From IMG/VR virus record IMGVR_UViG_3300009093_000007: a stretch of DNA of 64,000 nt. One strand, written 5' to 3'. The DNA comes from an uncultured virus (IMG/VR IMGVR_UViG_3300009093_000007). Taxonomy: Duplodnaviria > Heunggongvirae > Uroviricota > Caudoviricetes. Shown here in pieces: positions 28,864-38,552 of this stretch. Each line of letters starts with the position of its first letter. The first letter of the stretch is position 1. The translations under genes and the position numbers were made by a program. Below the pieces are notes generated by a model, which ran no database searches, had not been told where the DNA came from, and saw only the letters and a program-made list of their open reading frames with translations.

Positions 28864-29088
28864 ATGAAAGCCACCGTTCACGCTGAAATCACGTTCGACC
28901 TAGCCACACCAAACGACTACGACGAGACGATTACGTCATGGGAAGACGCGGCGGAGTATGACCTTCAATATCTGACTATCACAATCGGAGATAACGACGT
29001 AATCTTTTCTACGTCATCATTGCAAATTGAAGGTAAGGAGGAATTTGAACGTACAGACGATGATGATGACGACCTAGACAAATTCTAA
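28864..29088 (+). CDS. acidic hypothetical protein (ORF extends upstream to 28693)
   Basis: AAGGAG RBS before ATG 28864. Confidence 0.5.
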   Translation: MKATVHAEITFDLATPNDYDETITSWEDAAEYDLQYLTITIGDNDVIFSTSSLQIEGKEEFERTDDDDDDLDKF

Positions 29089-29161
29089 CCACACAACCAC
29101 CGGGCCGATAATGGTTATCGTACCCGCCATTAAAACGTAGACAGACAGGGAGAAAAGTTAG

Positions 29162-30328
29162 ATGCCACTTAACCCCACTACACTACAGTTACCACAACAG
29201 ACCACAGCACAACAGCAGACGGCGACCACGGCGACCCCGCAACAAATTGTCACACCGGCCGCCGGCTCTATCATCCGCCCGCCCGGATTCGTCCCTTTCT
29301 CAATGGTCGATCCGGACAACGCCGAAGTTTACGGACTCGCAGACAGATTCCGCGCGACCATCCGCCTCGTCCGGGCCGTCCCTTACGACTACTTCCGCCT
29401 CCGTCGCCAGATCGCCGTACGGGACGGCAAATCAACCAAGGCTATCACCGGCCGTGACGGATACTCTCTTGCCGTTGTCGTCTACTTCGAGCCCGACCCA
29501 GGCCAAGGTTATGAGTCGCTCGACCCGGCATATTACTCGGCCGTGTCACTCTACAACTTCGTGCCTTCGCTGGACGGTATCAACGTCATTCCCAATGCTA
29601 CATGGGAGGGATTCCAGGAACTCGCCGAAGGTAAGGCCCATATCTTCCACGGCGCCACCAACGACCAACCCTACGAGCACGAAGATCTCCTCGAATACTC
29701 CGGGCCGTTTATGGCACCGGTAGGCGGGTTGGAAGACGACGGCACTCCCAAGCGCGGGCATCGTGGTATCGATTTAGGCTCCGATTGGAAGCACTTCCTC
29801 GACCATGCCGCGAGCGCCGGCTTGAAGATCGACCCGGCAGCGTGGGCGGCGAAGGGACTGGCAGCGTTCGAAGGGCATCGTGGCCGGTTTGACAGGATTA
29901 AGGTCAAGAACAAGAGGGAGGGCGAGCATGACGTCCTTCTTATGACAGAGTACATGGGGTTTAACGGAGTCGGTGGGCAGGTTAATGGTGGACAGGCCGT
30001 GACCGGGGCCACGAACGTACAGACACAAGCCAATCAGGCCGTGACTCCTTCGGCTCAAGCCCCTGCCGCAGCTCCAGCGCAGACCACCCCGGCGGCAGCT
30101 ATCAATCCCGCTATCGTCGAATTCGTTCGTATGGCCCTCGCGCAGGCAGGCGGCAAGCTGACTACCGGCCTGCTCATCTCGCAAGTGGCAGCGTCTCCGC
30201 TATTTACCGGTAATGGAGTTCTCACCGCCGAAGCCTACCGTACCCTCGCCGCACCAGACGCACCGGCTCGGCTGACAGCAGCTGGATTCGTAGTCAACCC
30301 GGCAACGGCCGAGGTATCGTTGTCGTAA
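29162..30328 (+). CDS. hypothetical replication-region protein (possible ssDNA-binding)
   Basis: GGGAG RBS; Q/T/A/P linkers; position between helicase and nuclease. Confidence 0.6.
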   Translation: MPLNPTTLQLPQQTTAQQQTATTATPQQIVTPAAGSIIRPPGFVPFSMVDPDNAEVYGLADRFRATIRLVRAVPYDYFRLRRQIAVRDGKSTKAITGRDGYSLAVVVYFEPDPGQGYESLDPAYYSAVSLYNFVPSLDGINVIPNATWEGFQELAEGKAHIFHGATNDQPYEHEDLLEYSGPFMAPVGGLEDDGTPKRGHRGIDLGSDWKHFLDHAASAGLKIDPAAWAAKGLAAFEGHRGRFDRIKVKNKREGEHDVLLMTEYMGFNGVGGQVNGGQAVTGATNVQTQANQAVTPSAQAPAAAPAQTTPAAAINPAIVEFVRMALAQAGGKLTTGLLISQVAASPLFTGNGVLTAEAYRTLAAPDAPARLTAAGFVVNPATAEVSLS

Positions 30329-30473
30329 GTGGCCTAGAGCCTAGACATTTGCACGGTGCCGACCGGAATTGAATATAGAAAGGAACGGTATCTGCCAGTC
30401 GGCACACTGGAAATGTTTAAACACCCGGCCACTATGATTCTTTTGGGTAATATAGAAAGGTACGATAGATAAT

Positions 30474-30734
30474 ATGCCAGTAATCAACAGAATCGAACGC
30501 GATTACGATGTACCGTTAGTCCTCAACTGTGAAGTACAATTTGACAGCGCCAACGATCTCATCCCGTGCGAGACGAATCCCGAGACCGGCGCCGAGTCGC
30601 GTCAATTTGAACGGTTCCATGCTTATGCCGAAGTGACAATTGGAACGAAGGTACCACTGCGCCACGTGTGCAGAGAATGTGCCAAGAAATGGCACAAGTC
30701 GAGGGAGCAGCGGCTAGGAATAAGGTGGGCGTGA
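30474..30734 (+). CDS. hypothetical Cys/His protein
   Basis: AAAGG RBS; HVCRECA. Confidence 0.55.
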   Translation: MPVINRIERDYDVPLVLNCEVQFDSANDLIPCETNPETGAESRQFERFHAYAEVTIGTKVPLRHVCRECAKKWHKSREQRLGIRWA

Positions 30735-30738
30735 TCCT

Positions 30739-30969
30739 ATGAGAATCGACTTCGCACTAGTAGACAACGCCGACGAAAACGGAGACATAGTATTCTCTGC
30801 TGGTAACACATCTAGCGTACCGCACGTAGGTGATGAAGTTACATTACACACAGCCGGAGAGCTTGGCGCTTGGAGAATCACGCACCTGCGCTGGGATTTC
30901 TATCCGCCGATAAGCAATTACGGCGAAGGGCATGTAGTGGTTTACGGCTTTGGTGATAAAATCAGATGA
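30739..30969 (+). CDS. hypothetical protein
   Basis: VPHVGDEV motif; operon spacing. Confidence 0.55.
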   Translation: MRIDFALVDNADENGDIVFSAGNTSSVPHVGDEVTLHTAGELGAWRITHLRWDFYPPISNYGEGHVVVYGFGDKIR

Positions 30970-31178
30970 TCTAATCTACAAGGATAAAAGAAAGTGACCG
31001 AAGAAAACAGACTTGAATCTATGGCATTTTTATTGTTCGAATTCGAACGAGAAATCCGACAATTTCAATATAGGCTTAGGCCGGAACGCGTAAACAAGCT
31101 CACAGAATTGAGGAAGCGATACAATGACGGTGATAGATCGGAAGAGCTAAGCAAACTTATATTTGAATTCCCGCGTGT

Positions 31179-31835
31179 ATGAATCAATCTACTAGCACCC
31201 CCGTCCTCATCCACGACGGCTTTCCGCCTGATCTATTCGATTTCTCTTCCCCGTTCGGCGGCGGAACTGTCGGCGGATCGTCCGCGTCTCGCACGTCGGG
31301 CGTTCACATATCCGGAATCACTCACGCTATGGCTATCCATTTCGGATATTTAAAAGAACGACCTATGTCGGAGCTGATCCGTCAAGCGTTCATGGGGCTA
31401 GGCACTGCGATAGAATGGGCATTAGCCTACGCGTACTCACGTCGCCACCCCGGAGAATACATCCACCAACCCGGCGAAATGATCAAAGACGGCATCCTTG
31501 CCCATATTGATCTGATCCGCACTCCAGATCCGCGCGGGTTGATTGTTGACGACGTTAAGATGAGATGGTGTTCTTCGCACAAACCACTAACCGATCCTTC
31601 CTTCTGGGAAGCTTGGACGCGATTAAAGGGTTATTGTCATTACGTCGGATCACATATCGGCCGGCTTCACGTTGTCTACCCCAATGGTGAGGGATTCGGT
31701 AAGCGCCCGGATGGATCGCCTAAGCAATTCGGCCCGGTCTATCGCATATGGGAATGGGAATGGACAGAATTAGAGATCGAACAAAATTGGGCGATGTTGT
31801 TAAATCACAAGCATATGGCCGTGGCGGAGGAGTGA
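31179..31835 (+). CDS. PD-(D/E)XK (Cas4/RecB-like) exonuclease
   Basis: HISGI, GTAIE, HIDL, VDDVK, LKGYC. Confidence 0.75.
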   Translation: MNQSTSTPVLIHDGFPPDLFDFSSPFGGGTVGGSSASRTSGVHISGITHAMAIHFGYLKERPMSELIRQAFMGLGTAIEWALAYAYSRRHPGEYIHQPGEMIKDGILAHIDLIRTPDPRGLIVDDVKMRWCSSHKPLTDPSFWEAWTRLKGYCHYVGSHIGRLHVVYPNGEGFGKRPDGSPKQFGPVYRIWEWEWTELEIEQNWAMLLNHKHMAVAEE

Positions 31836-32165
31836 CAAAGAGGTCACCGAAATCTATGACTATCACAGCCTATGAACCTGTCATCATACGCGATTCAACA
31901 ATCAGTGTCATGACAATATACGGCCTATCTCCACAAGTACTCCACCCGGGCGATAAACTATTCACCAGTATAGACGATAACCTACAAAAGATCACACGCG
32001 TGACCAAGAATCGCTGTGTCGTGGCCATAGCCCTAGAAGAGTCATTTCCGACTCGACGCGGCCGCACCCGTCGTGTACTGGTTTGTATGTTGCCGTCGTC
32101 GAACCCAGATCTTAATCTATATATGCCGAATTGAGCTGTTAAATCGAAAGGACACTATCCACATC

Positions 32166-33128
32166 ATGGCAATGGGCAAACCCACAACACCCGTTCAAAC
32201 CTTCGTCCCGGCGACCGCTACCACAGACAGCGGCGAAACCCGTGTAATCCAATCGGCGCAACCGGCGGGTGAGCTTCAAGGTACGCGGTTCTACACTCTC
32301 AAGCCCAATCGCCGTCCGGCCCGTATTCTCCTCTACGGCGATGGCGGTACCGGGAAGACCTACTTCGCCGCTCGATATTGCCCCGGGCCTATAGCTTTCA
32401 TCAATTTCGACCGTCGCGCCAAGGATACCATTCTCAAAGCACAACAAGAGACGGGTAAGAAAATATGGTATCAAGAGATCCGCCCATTCCCGGACGCTAT
32501 CAACATGACGAGCGATGAGAGTAAGAAGGTGGGCAAAGAACAGCTCAAGATATTATTAGATGAAATCTATTCCGCCGTGCGCTTGTCTCAGCGCGGCGAT
32601 GTGCGTACGATCTGCTTGGACACGGCCACAGAGGCTAATGCTGTTATCAATATGGCTATCTCCGGGCGCCCCGACCGCGCCGCCGATGACTACGGCAAAT
32701 CCAAGGACATGGCGACGTGGCAATGGAAATCAATCCTTAATGGTGTATTCGACGGTGAAGCTAACTTGATCTTGCTATCCCGCGCCAAAGAGATCTATAA
32801 CGGACGAGAGGGTACCGGGAAGTTCACCTATCGTTGCCCGGCTGAGCTAAACGACGGTGTAGATATATCGATGGAGATACGCACCGTCGTACCTGGCATG
32901 AACGCTATAGCCGGCGGGTTGAAATCATTCGCTAGCGTGGGCGTGAGCGGTACTCTCCCGGGTATGCAAACCGGGCCGCGGTGGGAATTATACGTTACGA
33001 AAGCTGGTGCCAATGCCGCTGAGCTGGGCCAGACATATACTTCCACTGAATGGGATCTACTCGGCGGACCATTCGTCTACGCTTGCATGCGTCAATGGGT
33101 TGGGACGACTCCGGAGGATTGGAAATGA
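32166..33128 (+). CDS. AAA-family ATPase (Sak4-like recombinase)
   Basis: LLYGDGGTGKT Walker A; TICLDT Walker B; next to exonuclease. Confidence 0.8.
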   Translation: MAMGKPTTPVQTFVPATATTDSGETRVIQSAQPAGELQGTRFYTLKPNRRPARILLYGDGGTGKTYFAARYCPGPIAFINFDRRAKDTILKAQQETGKKIWYQEIRPFPDAINMTSDESKKVGKEQLKILLDEIYSAVRLSQRGDVRTICLDTATEANAVINMAISGRPDRAADDYGKSKDMATWQWKSILNGVFDGEANLILLSRAKEIYNGREGTGKFTYRCPAELNDGVDISMEIRTVVPGMNAIAGGLKSFASVGVSGTLPGMQTGPRWELYVTKAGANAAELGQTYTSTEWDLLGGPFVYACMRQWVGTTPEDWK

Positions 33129-33472
33129 CCTCTGGCCAGCCCTCGGGGCCAGTCCTCTCTTTGGTACCCACTTTCGAGGTATGGGCTATATACCAGCCAT
33201 CAACGGGTAAATTTTTGCCGATGCGATGGACGACCGTTAGAGGATACACTCACGACGAGCCCTCGTTCGACTTTCCGCGGTTATTCAGATCAGAACGGGG
33301 GGCAAGGCAAGCCCTACGTGCATGGCTTCAAGGAGAGTGGTCTGAAGCCCATACCTTTGATGAGCATTACATGTGTTATGAGTCAACCGGACCGGAACCT
33401 AGTTTGCCGCGACCAGAGCGAGCTAATTACGGGATGGAAGTGATTAGAGTCGTATTGAAAACGGATGACTGA
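33125..33472 (+). CDS. hypothetical protein, paralogue of 52791-53183
   Basis: Shared AI.Q.STG.FLP...PR.F.....AR.AL.AWL.G.W. Confidence 0.6.
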   Translation: MTSGQPSGPVLSLVPTFEVWAIYQPSTGKFLPMRWTTVRGYTHDEPSFDFPRLFRSERGARQALRAWLQGEWSEAHTFDEHYMCYESTGPEPSLPRPERANYGMEVIRVVLKTDD

Positions 33473-33506
33473 TCTGCGGCTAATTCGAGGGAGCCTAGGG
33501 TGACCT

Positions 33507-33921
33507 ATGGTACATGTGCCCATAAAAGACACAGTAAACGAGCTACGCGCGTTTTGCCGAAGAAATAACCGCGCAGTTAAATCATCTGGCGGACCTATGC
33601 CATCGTTTAAACGTCACATGGTGGCACGACCCGGCAACCGGCGAGCCGCTCACTCGTAACAAAGGTGAGCTTCTCATGTTGATAGTGACGGAAATTTCCG
33701 AAGCGATGGAAGGGGTGCGCAGGAATTCTCAGGACGACAAACTCCCATCGCGTAAGATGGAAGAGGTAGAATTGGCGGACGCGCTAGTCCGTATCTTCGA
33801 TTACGCTGGCGGATTCGGGCTCGATATCGGCGGGGCGTTTGTCGAGAAGTTAATATATAACCTTAGCCGTGACGACCATAAGCCGGAGAATAGAATAAAG
33901 CTAGGAGGAAAAACGCTTTGA
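33507..33921 (+). CDS. MazG-like NTP pyrophosphohydrolase with an apparent +1 frameshift at TTTT 33552-33555
   Basis: WW..P.TGE...RN.GELLMLIVTEISEAMEG.R...EVELADA.VRI.D; frame open upstream of 33676 without a start codon. Confidence 0.7.
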
Positions 33922-34150
33922 CTATCCAGACTGATACAGTACTACTTGACGACTATTATACTCGTGACTCACGCATACACCATATCATTGGCAAGGTGGA
34001 CGCCAAGATAACGTTCCTATTCGCCCGCGGCAAGCCATCTCGTGCGCGTGAATATATGCGACTATTGAATAGACTGAAACAGACCAGATATCGCCTGAGA
34101 GAACGCATTCGTAAAGGATAAACGGTCGGCTGTGGGAGCTAGCACCTGTT

Positions 34151-35041
34151 ATGATACTATCGTCTAATATAGTAGCGGCGCCAATCATTCCAACCCCTAC
34201 CATCCTCATCTCCAACGCTGAAGGCTCCAAGCACCTCATCAACTACCCTCCACTATCACAGTCCGGCTGTGGCGTTCTTCTCAATCTACCCTCGACCGAT
34301 GCCGTCTTTTATGGCAACGGCCCCGACAATCGCACAATCTCTATCGGCGTAGAAGTAAAGTCTCTCTCCGATCTACTAACCTCGCTCCAAAACGGTCGCT
34401 TATTCGCCACACAAGTCCCCAAGCTCCTCGCCGCGCACGATGTCTGCCGGCTGGTATTCTATGGCGTATTCCGTTGCAACCTCACCGACAATATAACTCT
34501 CCAGGAATACCGCACCTTTCCCGCTCGCGACAATCGTCCGGCACATTCCCGTTGGGTTGATTTCAAACTCGGCCCAAAGTCCCCTATCCGTTACGGCTAT
34601 CTCATCTCCCGGTTAGACAAGCTCGCCCGCTTAGGCGTCCTCTACGACCACGTGCCGGATATCTCACACGTAGCGCTATGGCTGGCCTGTCTCGCTCGCT
34701 CCTACGCTAAACCCTATTCCGAGCAAACTGAAGCTTACCGCGCATTCGACCAATCTCGCGACACCCCGCCCGCCCGCCTCGATCTCGACTCTACGACTCT
34801 ACAGATAGCCAAACTCTGCGCCAAGATCCCGGGCGTAGGTTGGGATCGCGCGTTTGCCCTGGCTGAGCACTTCCCGTCGTATCTAGCTATATGCTTAGCT
34901 ACGCCGGCTGAACTCGCCGAAGTCGCTACCGTATCCGCAGACGGCAAGCGGGTGCGATTCGGACTGAAACTGGCCGAATCCATCTATAACACCATACGCG
35001 CGGTGCGGCCGGGGTGTCGACCGCCAACAGCCCGTCCTTAG
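34151..35041 (+). CDS. ERCC4/XPF-family nuclease with HhH
   Basis: D..F.G...GVEVKSLSDLLTSLQNGRL..Q; IPGVG HhH. Confidence 0.8.
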   Translation: MILSSNIVAAPIIPTPTILISNAEGSKHLINYPPLSQSGCGVLLNLPSTDAVFYGNGPDNRTISIGVEVKSLSDLLTSLQNGRLFATQVPKLLAAHDVCRLVFYGVFRCNLTDNITLQEYRTFPARDNRPAHSRWVDFKLGPKSPIRYGYLISRLDKLARLGVLYDHVPDISHVALWLACLARSYAKPYSEQTEAYRAFDQSRDTPPARLDLDSTTLQIAKLCAKIPGVGWDRAFALAEHFPSYLAICLATPAELAEVATVSADGKRVRFGLKLAESIYNTIRAVRPGCRPPTARP

Positions 35042-35075
35042 GTCAATCCTTCTGTCGATCTCGCCAATCTACCTA

Positions 35076-35104
35076 TTGACATCCTCGCCGTGCCGTAGTA
35101 CTCT
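35076..35104 (+). promoter_or_regulatory. sigma70-like promoter TTGACA-17-TACTCT
   Basis: Consensus match. Confidence 0.7.
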
Positions 35105-35184
35105 CCCTGTCAATGACAACCGGCCGGCCAGATACGTAGGTAACCGCCGGGACCATAACCACGACTGAAGGGAGAGACTACATC

Positions 35185-35853
35185 ATGGCTAAGATGGGAA
35201 GTGCCAAAGCAGCCGCAAACACCGAGGACGTCGCCAATCCTGCTAATCCCACGGTACCGGAGACGACTCCGTCAGCCACTGGCCACGTCGCCGAGACCGG
35301 CCCGACTACGACCGCCGTACTCACTGACGAGGCCCCTGGCGACACCCTCGGCACCATTATCAATCGCGAGCCGAACGACGCGGCGGCTATCGAGGCTTCC
35401 GCCGAGCGTGGTGCCAAGCGCGGCCGTAAGAAGGGTGAGCCAGCACCGCCGAGCGTCCATTGGAATCTCCCCGGCCGTCAAGAGGCCTTGGAGGACGCTA
35501 TCGCCAGTCAGATGGCCGGCCACAATGCTATCTCCTATAGCGGTCTCGCCGACATCCTCAAGACCAATCCGGCGTTCGCTGGTGAGGAGCACCTCGTTAC
35601 CCGGGAAGCGGTGTCCAGTCGGCTGCGGCTGCTCAAGCTCAAGACGGACGGCGCCGGCAACCGGCTTTACGCCTTCCTCGATGATCTCCCGCTGATCCAG
35701 GGCGGGCGTACCAGTGACCAGCATGTGTCTGCGGCTGAGCGGTTCAAGGCGAAGCTGGCAGCGGCCGGACTGGACGTCACCGGACAGGGCCAGCAGACCG
35801 GTGGACAGGGTGCGACGGCTCAGGGCGTGGACCAGGTGGCGCCCACGGTCTAA
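35185..35853 (+). CDS. monocistronic putative DNA-binding protein
   Basis: Own promoter, RBS and terminator; KRGRKK AT-hook-like motif plus helical domain. Confidence 0.6.
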   Translation: MAKMGSAKAAANTEDVANPANPTVPETTPSATGHVAETGPTTTAVLTDEAPGDTLGTIINREPNDAAAIEASAERGAKRGRKKGEPAPPSVHWNLPGRQEALEDAIASQMAGHNAISYSGLADILKTNPAFAGEEHLVTREAVSSRLRLLKLKTDGAGNRLYAFLDDLPLIQGGRTSDQHVSAAERFKAKLAAAGLDVTGQGQQTGGQGATAQGVDQVAPTV

Positions 35854-35898
35854 GCGAGCGGCGGCAGGACAGGGCAGGGCAACAGATGCGATCCCCAC

Positions 35899-35934
35899 GG
35901 GGTGCGACAGGCGACTGTCACACCCCCTTTTTTT
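35899..35934 (+). terminator. intrinsic terminator
   Basis: GGGGTGCGACAG...CTGTCACACCCC plus T7. Confidence 0.8.
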
Positions 35935-35997
35935 GTCCCACAACTTCCGCCTTACTTGCCCGGATGGGATTGGGCCGGGCTGTGGTAGGATTCCGGC

Positions 35998-36162
35998 ATG
36001 ACGAACTTACGTAAGACGTCGGTACAAGTGCCGCCTGAGCTTATAGATCTGTTGTTAGATCTATATCCGGGCTTAACCTTCTCAGAAATAACCAGACTGG
36101 CACTATGTCTTGTGGCTGATATGAAACCGCAAGTTTCCGAAAAACGTTTCACGATAGGATAG
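35998..36162 (+). CDS. 54-aa ribbon-helix-helix-like regulator, leaderless (not in ORF track)
   Basis: MTNLRKTSVQVPPELIDLL...LTFSEITRLAL; ATG 6 nt after TAGGAT -10. Confidence 0.6.
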   Translation: MTNLRKTSVQVPPELIDLLLDLYPGLTFSEITRLALCLVADMKPQVSEKRFTIG

Positions 36163-36406
36163 ACAACCGTGCTACTGCCCATCGCCATTGTAGACCTCAG
36201 CGCTTTACCGGTCATATTACAGCTTCAAGAATACGACAGTCGTACATTGGCCGGATTGCACACAATTGGTGCGCCGATGGTCAGATTCCTTTTCAGCGTA
36301 GAATGGAAAACAATATTCAACAGCGGCCGGTTCTGTGCGGCTTTATGGATAGCTGGATAGATAGCCGTATAATACCTACTGTTCAACATAACGGAGACGT
36401 GAGCGA

Positions 36407-36694
36407 ATGGCTACTATACCACAGCTGCCCGACACCCCCTCTACCCGTCTCGCTCGCGAGATCACCGCCGCCGTCAAAACCTGGTGCGAATCAACCGGAA
36501 TGTACGTGCGCAAATTAACTATAGAAAAGACCAGCTTGACAGACGCTACGTATGTCGTGCGTATCAAGGAAGCCACACCACAATCAACTATAGACGAATT
36601 GTCTAATAGCGTCAACGAGAGAACACAAGCGATGGTTGGGGCTGTACTCAGTGGTATGACTGGCAAAGGTGGCGATGATGAGACGGAGATGTGA
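36407..36694 (+). CDS. hypothetical protein
   Basis: GGAG upstream. Confidence 0.55.
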   Translation: MATIPQLPDTPSTRLAREITAAVKTWCESTGMYVRKLTIEKTSLTDATYVVRIKEATPQSTIDELSNSVNERTQAMVGAVLSGMTGKGGDDETEM

Positions 36695-36902
36695 GCCGTG
36701 ACTAATAAACCAGAATCTGCGCTATTGTATATCAAACTTCAAAACGGCTCTGCTACCTATAACTCCGACTACTCTGTCACTTTCACAGGCGGCCCTATCT
36801 GGCCGCGTGAGCTGGAATTGGCACACAAGTTGATATGTGAATACAAGCGACATGACAAGGAATACAATCGCGACGCCAAAAGAGTGACTACATAATACGC
36901 CC

Positions 36903-38333
36903 ATGACCGCTATTGTACTAGGCGCCGGCCGTACCCCTTGCCCTATCATGTTTATAGGCGAAGCGCCCGGCGAAGTCGAGGCTCGTGAACGTGAACCATT
37001 CGTCGGTCCGTCCGGTCAAGAACAGGACAGATATCTCTCGCAATTCGGATTCGTTGTCCGAATGTTCTACCGGACGAACCTGATTAAGGAATACACGCCC
37101 GGCAATCCCGACCCTACACCTAGTCAAATATCACAGTGGCAAGATACGTTACGCTACGAAATCTCAATGTGCAGGCCTAGCCTAATAGTCACAGTCGGGG
37201 CCTACGCAACGTGGGAATTCCTGCGAACGTCTATGGCGGATAAGCCGGAACCGCACTTCCTCACCGGCAAGGTGCACGGCATACCACATTACGTATCGCC
37301 TCTATCGTCACACTATGACATCCTCGCTAAGGTTGTCATCCTCCCTATCATCCATCCCGCCGCTGGTATGCGCCCGACCGATGACGCTATGGTATTGCGA
37401 TCGTCAATATTCTGGGATTACTCACAAGTGGCTAGGTGTATCAATCTCACACTATCCAACTCACCTATCGACGTCCCAATCGATATCTACGCTGGCCGTG
37501 AAGATTATCGTGTTATCTCCCCGGCCGAGCTACCCCGCCATCTCCCCTATGACACGCCGGACTTCTCTATAGATACTGAAGGATCGCCCGATGACGGATT
37601 TTCCGCACAGATATGCTGCGAGCCCGGGACAGGGTATATGTTACTTCTAGACGACCCCGCTTACCGGGCCATAGCAGCGTCTTATATCCAATCCCTGCTC
37701 GACCGCGGCACGACCGTCTATACACACTCACGCTATGAGATAGAAATGTCGCGAGCTATCAGCCTCAACTTCTCGCGCGCCAATCTCCTCGACACGATGT
37801 ACGCAGCCTATCTCCCACTCACAGAGCCGCAAGGACTGAAAGCTCTCTGTTACCGCTGGTGTGGTATGGCTATGACAGATCATGATGATACGATTAAACC
37901 GCTAGGAGTCGAGCGACAATTAGCCTATCTAGAGTCAATCATCGAGCGCAAATCCGAATGGCCTATTCCTGGCAAACGCCACATTGTCGAGAACGATGGG
38001 ACTATTATCTCTTACAAGCCACAGCCTATCCACAAATACGCCGCTGGCATTCTCCGCGATTTCAACTCCGGCAAGGTCGACAAGGACGGCAATACGACCA
38101 GTCTAGAAAAACGTTGGAAAAAGGTAGGTGATGCCTACCGCGGGATTGGCAAAGAATTGAAAGGCCCGGTTGAATCAGTGCTAGGCAAATTCCCGCACGG
38201 CTCTATCCGAGCACTATACGATAAAGACCGTGACGCCGCTGTGTACTATGGTTGTCGTGACGCGGATGGAACGTATCGATTCGCGCACGCTATTGCGCCG
38301 AGGTTGAGACATTTTCACGAACTAAAAATGTGA
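36903..38333 (+). CDS. family-4 UDG-like domain fused to PolA 3'-5' exonuclease (N-terminal half of split polymerase)
   Basis: IGEAPG..E..PFVGPSG, TNLIK, IHPAA (UDG); SIDTEG, DTM.AAYL, GLKAL, YGCRDA (ExoI-III). Confidence 0.85.
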   Translation: MTAIVLGAGRTPCPIMFIGEAPGEVEAREREPFVGPSGQEQDRYLSQFGFVVRMFYRTNLIKEYTPGNPDPTPSQISQWQDTLRYEISMCRPSLIVTVGAYATWEFLRTSMADKPEPHFLTGKVHGIPHYVSPLSSHYDILAKVVILPIIHPAAGMRPTDDAMVLRSSIFWDYSQVARCINLTLSNSPIDVPIDIYAGREDYRVISPAELPRHLPYDTPDFSIDTEGSPDDGFSAQICCEPGTGYMLLLDDPAYRAIAASYIQSLLDRGTTVYTHSRYEIEMSRAISLNFSRANLLDTMYAAYLPLTEPQGLKALCYRWCGMAMTDHDDTIKPLGVERQLAYLESIIERKSEWPIPGKRHIVENDGTIISYKPQPIHKYAAGILRDFNSGKVDKDGNTTSLEKRWKKVGDAYRGIGKELKGPVESVLGKFPHGSIRALYDKDRDAAVYYGCRDADGTYRFAHAIAPRLRHFHELKM

Positions 38334-38348
38334 GAGCGAGACGAGAGT

Positions 38349-38546
38349 ATGCCTAGAAAAAAGTCACACACTAAGCACCGAATGCGCTGTGCGATAGAGG
38401 AGTTGTACGATCAACTTGTTGAGATGAAAACTAATACGCTATGCTCGTGTAATGGGACATCCCATTACCCTTGTGCGCGTTGTGAAATCACGCGCAGAGA
38501 AACCGACGATTTGCTAAGCGCCATTACAGCCGAATACGGGTTTTGA
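38349..38546 (+). CDS. small Cys-rich protein inserted within the split polymerase
   Basis: CSC..H.PCARC; GAGAG upstream. Confidence 0.55.
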   Translation: MPRKKSHTKHRMRCAIEELYDQLVEMKTNTLCSCNGTSHYPCARCEITRRETDDLLSAITAEYGF

Positions 38547-38552
38547 TCTCAA

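Noticed and set aside
26993..31835. DinG plus Cas4-like nuclease as type IV CRISPR
   Set aside because: No repeat-spacer array or Cas5/6/7 genes; ordinary replication context
35272..35943. 223-aa minus ORF and similar long antisense ORFs (44457-45071, 55526-56227)
   Set aside because: Shadows of well-supported genes
38334..38552. Intron or intein in polA
   Set aside because: No group I/II core, homing endonuclease or intein terminal motifs recognised
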